A DNA stretch of 64,000 bases from Acanthaster planci. Taxonomy: Eukaryota. Position 1 is the first letter of the stretch, and each line of letters begins with the position of its first letter. Below are positions 56,301 through 64,000 of the stretch, piece by piece. The position numbers and the translations under genes were made by a program. The stretch is from assembly GCF_001949145.1 (NCBI RefSeq), contig NW_019091356.1, positions 398,938-462,937 of the forward strand, written 5' to 3'. The notes under the pieces are model-generated. The model saw only the letters and a list, made by a program, of their open reading frames with translations, did not search any database and had not been told where the DNA came from.

Positions 56301-59300
56301 TTAAAAAAAATTGGTGTTGATAATGGAGATAAAAGCAAGGCAAAGGATTCAAAAAGCATGCCCAAGTATTATAAATTTTTAGCATTCTTCTTAACTGTAT
56401 GTCATGAAGATTTAGTAAAATCACTTGCACCTTTTTGACAAAACTAGAATGAGAAATGTAACTCAAGTTGTCTCTACAATAGGCCAGCAAACTCACCTGA
56501 CTTACCAGACTTTTCCTATTGATTTTAGATGCCATCGTAATTTTTTTTTTCTTTGGTCAGGAGGAAGAGCACTCACTGTAGCGTGACTCACCGTGGTATC
56601 AGGTCTCTCCCACTGCTGCCACTTTACGACTCCTGCTTTTCCCCCTTCCTCCTTCCTTGTCAATCACTTTAGTTGAGGTAACACAACCTCCACACCTCCC
56701 CGGGGATTCCAAACTCAGTTTGGAGGCTGGAATGCACCAAAATGACAACCTTTCAGCTGCGATGGATAACTCTGGATGATGAGTGTATAAATATTGTGAT
56801 TTGTGGGGATAGCCTCAGTAAATGGTTGTTCTTGGAGCACTTAAGTGGGTGCACAGACTGATTATGGAAGCTTCCTCATAGGCCATTTGTTCATATGTAA
56901 GAATCACTCCAACCCATGTTTAGTCAGAGCCACTTTTTTGAAGTATTTTCATTTCTTGTACTCATGGGATCTGTTTTGACAGGGCATTCGTCCTTTTGCC
57001 GGTATGTTCTAGATCATCAGCACTATTTTTCATTCAAGGGTTTTGGTCAAGTTGTGCAGCCAGGGATTAACACGGTCTCTTGCCTTTTTTTTTCTTCCAA
57101 ATTTTACCCAGTAGAACAGTCAGTATTCCATAAAATGGGTTGACCAAATACCATTACTGATCCACTGCAGATCTTCTTAGATGTCATCTTTAGACATTGA
57201 TTCAATATTATTCACAAAAACACTTAACGTCCTTGCTTGGAGCTCCGATGCAATTGTACTCGTTTGCATGTACATGTGTTTGGTTAATGACAGGCTTCCC
57301 CTTAATATTAATATTTTATATTAAAATATTTTATCAGCTCTGTGAAATGAAGAATCTTGTCACTCCTTAGTTCAAGATCATAAACAGTTTTGCCCCCCTA
57401 TCCCCGCTCCCTATTTCCATGTAGGCTGACTGTGAAGGACATAGTCCGACATGCAAGGTGCCCTTGGCAATGTAGCCGATTAATATAACACCATGTTTAT
57501 AGCCGATTCACCATAACCCTACCCCAGCTCCCGCCACCTGAAGTTTACACTCACCTTGTACGATATTGATCCATTCAATAAAAGACACAAATTGGGGACA
57601 GTTTGCCATCAGGACAAAAACACCAAGATCTAGGTTAGCGTCTTGACACAGAAGGAAGGCCGAAGTATAATCCCAATGATGCAGTGAGTATGACGTGGAA
57701 TTTCTGTTGCTTCAGCCGTTGTCGACAATCGAGATGAAATCTGGAGTTCTAATGTCTGCTCAGCAACACCTGTCATAAGCTAATCCTATCAGGAAAGAGA
57801 GATGGGGGGAAGGGGACGGGTTTTGGCTACTGAAAACCAGGCCAGACAGAAAGAGGAATCTTTTCAGTCTAAAATTCGGGGGGGGGGGGATTTATGATGT
57901 GTACCCGAGGGTGTCCTGTGCTTAGGGTGTTGGTATAGAGCCATTGGTTATACACAGACGTGTACCTGACTTTGCACTTTTAGCCAAGGATGTGGAACCA
58001 TGGTAACTGACCATGGAAACAATCTATAAGGGATTTTAAACTGTGGTATCATTTTAGTAGCTCTGAATGTGGTTTTTGGCCCCATTGGGATGCTGTGTTT
58101 TTGTGACAGTCCACCCTAAATTTGTGAGGTCGGAAAGCCTTGCATCCAACAAGATTGCACAGTAGGTACCACTAATTCTTTAAGGCATGGCTATTGGCTA
58201 TTGTTAGATTTAGTAGGATAGGAAACATTGGAAAGATGTGATCGATCAGTAGAGTTGCGTTTTAAATGAAAGTATGAGTTATTACTCGATTTGCATAAAT
58301 TTCAGGTAAGATTTTTGCCTCATATTATTAAGGGGATTTAATGGTTCTTTTAGAAAGCTGGCATTAAATTGTTTTGGGGTATATTTTCTGCAACAGGAAG
58401 AGTTGTTCTATTAAAAGCGGCAAGTACATTTTGCAGAATACAAGCTTGACATTTCCAAGCTGCACAATCTGAATTGGCCAAGGCCTTTTTGCTCCATGCG
58501 AGCTAATGTTATAACATGAGAACATGGCATGAAAGGCAAACAAATCGAACTGAAGTATCTTGGTCAATTTTATCCCGGGGCCACTTTGCCGATCAGCTGT
58601 CCCCAGCGTTGGCCCTGAAGAGGCCTGGGATTGATTGGGAAAATAGGTCTCTTGGAAATACAAAACCTTGTGAGTCCACAAAGAAAGTCACACCATGTAT
58701 TCCTGTTTTTCCACAAGCCCTCAGTGGAGTGTTAATAAATTAGGAGAAATTGTATCGCACTCTTGTCAGTGCTATTGTCGAACAGAAACCTGATACCTTG
58801 ACGTCCTGAAAACGTCGTTCAATCGGTAGACAATTTCTCTTTTTTTAGCTGGTCAGAGCATGCCGTGGGTCAGGATTACACTCCTTTGCCATGGTTGTAG
58901 GTTGCCTGGTTTCTGCAGGGCTGGTTGGAGTAGCGTACCTTGCGCCTGTTTGCCGTTGCGGTGTTCCCTGTCGCGCCATGTCAACAAGCTGTGGAATGAT
59001 AGCGTAAGTTAGGACAACAGGGAAATGCAGCAAGTGTTGGGTTACCATGAAAACTCTTTCTCACTCCAATGGAACAAAAAGATGATTGGTTTTTAATTGT
59101 GGTGTTAGTTTGCATCCGACCCACCCTTGTGTAGAAGTACAGTCACGGTGCTTGGATAATGAAATATTTTGGAATTTCACACCCAAAGTCCGGTTTCAAT
59201 TGCTGAGAATGAAACATAAACTGTATAATTATTTCACCATTACTGTCATTTTATTCGTTTAGTTATATATTTTCACCGATGGTTAATGTGTGTTGTTTTT

Positions 59301-62300
59301 ATTGTGTACCTTTTATCAAGCCATCCACCAAGCCTCAAGTAATTTGAAATTTCAAATTGAGACTTTCTCAATGTTCTCGTGTACTGTTTAATCATTTTAA
59401 ATGAATGCTTGTTGTTAACTTAAAAATGCTTTGACTGATGAAAAAAAAAAGAATTGAACAGGCTTCCCCTAACTTTAAAACCAGTGCAGATTGTCAAATA
59501 CTCTTAATGACGGTCAGAAATTCAAGTCACATCCCCATTGATTACTATCCAAAATATGACTTGAAGGCCCCCCCCATTTTTTAATTCTGTAATTCTGACT
59601 GATTTTCCCATGATCAGCACACTCCCAGCTTCTACACAGCCATTGCCAATTAGAATACTGTCTCCTCCTGGCAGTCAGCCAATAAAGCTCGTTATGGGAT
59701 GTGTCATACCAACGTGTGCCTTCGGGCCTAGCTTACCCAGCCTTGGGCTACCTCCACTCGCCTCCTTTGTGCCTGACAAACCCACCCAACAAAGAAACAA
59801 GTGCCAGCATTTGGGGGTTTTATGGCTGCCCATTGATTCACTCTGTGTCAAATACTCTTTGTGTATGGATATTATTTAGCCCAGACTCATGTTTTCTTTT
59901 CAAAACGTGAATGATTGGTGTTTAGAGGGAAGTCTGGATTATTTGCCAGGAGCTATTCTGATACAGCATTTTTGGAAAACTGAATGCCCCACAAAATCAA
60001 TAGTTAAAATATTTTGCCAAATTTGCTCATAAAGGGATCAAGCAGTGCTTTATTTATTGTTCAAACATGTTGTCTGAAATTTATGAATAATTTTGTGAAA
60101 TCTTGTGAACTGAACTAATTGGGAACTAGATGAACGGAGTCAACGCTGGGGAATGTAATCAGATAATTGATGGGTCATAAACAATGTGAGCCTTTTTTGA
60201 TGTCTTGACTCTACAGGTTTATTCTTTATTAAATTGAGAAGGGATGGAGTGTTTAAAATTGTGGTACAAGCTATTCCAATAAAGTTTACAATTGTCCTGT
60301 GCACATGTGACAGCAGCAGAGCAAATTTGGCCTGGAAAACATCTGAAAGTACTTGGCCGATGGATCATGCAAAAAACTTATAAAGATCAGTAGGCGTTAT
60401 CAAAGTATTGAGATCAATGTCTTTAATTAGTCATCAGCGCCATGAAAATGCTACATCCCAGCCAGTACTTATAAAGGAGACAGAAGTATATGAGTCCCTT
60501 GATAAAGTTCTTATACCACATCATAAGGAAAAGTGCAAAGCAAGACAGACACTCCTTAGACTGATAAGATGGTGCAGTCCATCCTTACGGATGACTGGAG
60601 CCAGGCATCTGCATCCAGGAGGTTCTGACAAATTTTGACAACATTACCAACAGCTATGAATGCTGTGGCTTGAGAGCAAAACCCTGCTCTCTAGGTGACA
60701 GCACTTTTCCTCACTGACAGGGAAAAAAAGACTGAAATCCTCTTTGCCTAAAGAAGAAATTTGCCCGGGGCTGCTGATTTACATGACAAAGTCAGATGCT
60801 GGGATGGTGGGCGTAGTCTAGCAGAGAGATAGCTCACGTGTTTGTATTGTGGAAATCATGCCAAGGGAAAGATTTTTCAGTGAAAGCTAGATGGTGTGGT
60901 AAAATTGTGGCAGGTTGGATGTACATGTAGTCTTGGCCCAAGCTTTGATGAGACATGACACTTGTCACAAATAATACTACTGTGTTTCCCATTTATTGAA
61001 CCTGTAAAATGTGGCCCATTTAATCTACCTCTTTTTTGCCCAGTGTCCTTGTAGTTGAGGGTATTATTAAGCACGTTTAGTGAAAGGTTGTATGGAAAGA
61101 GCTGGTCGGTCTACTATTCCAGTGATCGTTGTCACATTTATGATCGTAATGACACACTTATCCATGAGTCACACAACGTAACATTTACATGGACAAATCA
61201 TATTGTGTTCTGTTTTATACCTGAAGGTCTCATTTGGAGATAAAGATTCTTGGTTTGGTGGAGAAGTTCTGCATTCATCCTGATGTAAAGAAACATGCAA
61301 ACAGTACTTACACAATCCGGATTCCATCATTTGTGGAAAAGCCAGTGGATTGATGAGGTTGCAAAAATAAAAAAATACCGTAATGTGAGCATTAAATGTG
61401 TTGACTCGAGAATTTTACAGGATCTTATATGAACAGAATGTGTGGTATGTCTTGGCAGTGCCATTGATGCTTGGACATGGACAGGGCATGTCATCATCAT
61501 GGAATAGTTTCTGTATTCTTTCATATGTCTCCCTGGTGGACCTCGCTGCGTTATTGCATGTTCTTTTGCAAATATTGACTCCAAAGATGGATTTGATAAA
61601 AAGTGTCTGTTCCAATCTGGCCTACATTAAGTATGCATGTCGGTCAGAAAGCAGACAAAATAGAATGCAAGTACAGCATTACGTGATGTACGTCGGTTAC
61701 ATGTAACAAACAAAGGGAGTAAAGTACAACCAATCTAGGCCGTTGTTTGTGTAGTTGATGGCACACCACCTTGATGGATCACGTTTTTTTTTGTTTCTGG
61801 AGTGCCACCGCCACTACCCCGTTATTAAATTTTTCTCCTTTTCCTCGCTGCCAAACACCCAGACATTACTTTCCATGAGTGCTATGTCATTAATCACTTT
61901 CACTCTCCATGGGATCGCAGCCGGCAGAGTATGTTCCCCATCCTTTGTTGGTTTCTTTTTGGTTTTTTTCTGAGTGAGAAAGTTCTTTTAGCAACATGGA
62001 CAGGTGTCAGTTTTGTAATGATTATTGTTTCTTAATGATGGGTGCACTGTCAGATTAACCTAAATTACTTTCCATACCAAAACAACACATTCAACTGCAA
62101 GTTTCTTATAAAGAACCTATAATTCTGGAATTGCATATTTTGTATGTGTTTGGGGGCATTCCCCTCTCAGCTATGTACAAAGTTGAAGAGTATGCCACTT
62201 CAGAACTGGATATTGTGTGCTGATGTTGAAGATTAATGTTTAACTCAAAAGATCCACAATTGTTTGCTTGGTGTGTGTTTCAGTGCCAGCTGTGAGACTG

Positions 62301-64000
62301 TCATCAATTTCAGTGAAATCATTAAGAAACGCAGAGGTTCATACAGTCCTACTCTCTCAGACTCCATAGTCAAAAGAAAAAATCATGAATGTCTATTGAA
62401 ATGGACTGGCTAAAAGTGCAATGTTGAGAAGAACTTGCAGTATTTTATTTTTGGCCAATAAACAGACTTACAAGAAATTTAGGACCAAGGCTCTGAAAAC
62501 ATTGCCCTTTTTATCCCATATTGAACAAATAATGTCATAAAAGGGATTATTGTTAAAACTCACGTGTGAAGAAAGGCTGCTATCTAAAATTAAGAACATT
62601 TGTCAAATGTTTAATTTCAAATGAAGCTTTTTGTCTTGCCAACACAGATAATTGATGGTGCAAAGTGTACACGATTACTTCACCACTGTTTATTCCCCCT
62701 CCCCCCCCGTGATGGACCGTCTAGTCAACAACATTTACTCAAGACCAGATAGCATCGCTGTCGTCTTCCCAACATCATCAATTTAAACCCTGCCAATCTG
62801 AGGGCGCTTGAGTCACTGTCCGCATACGGTCAGTACTGACAGACGAGCAAGACGCTCAACGTAATGAGCTCGTTGGAGTGACAAAGGACACCACCCCCAC
62901 ATACGGGCATTCTGATAACGTGCATCAGTCACGTTAATGTTTGACACGCGTCGGCGTGCAGACGAGTGTGTGTGTGTGTCAGAGTCTAAGAGAGGCTTTC
63001 TACTGCGTTGTCATTAATGAAGCCGTGAAAGGGATGACTCATCCAACCACAATAATAGCAGGATTGTCTGAAATATCGTAAAAGGGTCCTTGCACGCTGA
63101 AATTCTCAGCACAGTCATTACAACTTCAACTGTCAGAATTATTACGGCTTTTCTTTATTTGATGCCTCAGTTACACAGCTTTTACTGTAAGTTTAATGGT
63201 CTATATCAGTATATGCAGATAAGTGCCATATTGGACTAGAGGGATGCTTTAGCACTGCGGTTTTGTGAGGTAAAGGTGAATGCACTTTTGTGGAAGTAAA
63301 TTTGCATATTGAGTAGCTGCACTTGATATGAGAGATTAACAGAAATGAAGTGTGACATTGTTTTGTGTATAACCCAGATGGCTTCATTGGCCATGAAAAG
63401 TGGTTCTGGATCAATTCACATCCGTTTGCTCTCTTGTGCAAGAGATGCTTTGTCATTAAGCTGAAAAAGAGGATTTCATCCATTCTGGGACAGTTTCAGC
63501 TGTCCAGTTTGGTTTATACATGCAGACCTGCCAACCTGTCGTACTCCTTCCTGAGGTTAAGCATGAGCCCTCAGTTCATTTAAAATTCTAATCTAGTATG
63601 TGGTGATTCCTCACCGCAGGAAGGAGTTCGACAGGTTGGCAGGTATGTACATCATAGTTGTGCTTGTTTCTCTGTATCAATACTTGGCCAGATATTGCTT
63701 TAATATTTCCGGAGGTTGTCAACAACATGTACTTCAGTCATATTTCCTTGCTAAACTTGTCTGCTTAATGTCCACCTTTGAACGCTTATCTATCTGCTGT
63801 ATCTTGGGTCATCCCCTTCCACCTTGACAGATGGTAGTCATCAAACTTGAATCTGTTGACAGAGACTTTGCTTCCAAACGTGCCATCCACCCATCCAAGC
63901 TTTACCGATCTCACAAACGCTCCCCAAGAAAATAAATGCCACCATAAACATTATTGCAACTAATTCGCTACCCAGTGATTATTTAGGATTCTTTGGGAGT

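Noticed and set aside
57999..58015. A further CATGG...CCATG micro-insertion
   Set aside because: Inverted ends are present but the flanks (GTGGAAC vs GAAACAA) do not form a 7-bp duplication.
44400..64000. Numerous 60-126 aa ORFs as genes
   Set aside because: Random-like composition rich in F/L/C/I, many non-ATG starts, no domain motifs and no consistent exon chain that I could find.

Overview
Intron-containing animal genomic DNA, most likely a marine invertebrate; the repeat content and intron-rich genes suggest an echinoderm/hemichordate-type deuterostome (inference only). There are two assembly gaps (19496-20298, 41745-42622). Six protein-coding genes were rebuilt by hand (GT-AG splice sites, consistent phases). 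(1) The 3' part of a mucin/EGF/SEA-like single-pass membrane protein (+, <1-3909). (2) An intronless unknown ~425-aa protein (-, 4774-6051). (3) WDSUB1 (-, 9180-13760), head-to-head with (4) ferrochelatase FECH (+, 15386-21937). (5) An SLC22 transporter (-, 27680-35683), divergent from (6) an ACP6-like histidine acid phosphatase (+, 38889-44308). The last ~20 kb has no recognisable coding exon. Repeats include a tRNA-derived SINE, a 5'-truncated LINE, several MITEs and minisatellites. Most notable observations: tandem duplication of 3' splice-site regions in three separate genes; two 26-28 bp CATRGAG-ended palindromic micro-insertions with perfect 7-bp target-site duplications; a family of 51-bp hairpins with TTAGGG ends, a conserved loop and compensatory stem changes; and inverted MITE ends bracketing FECH exons 3-10. 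No CRISPR, rRNA or bona fide tRNA gene was found.
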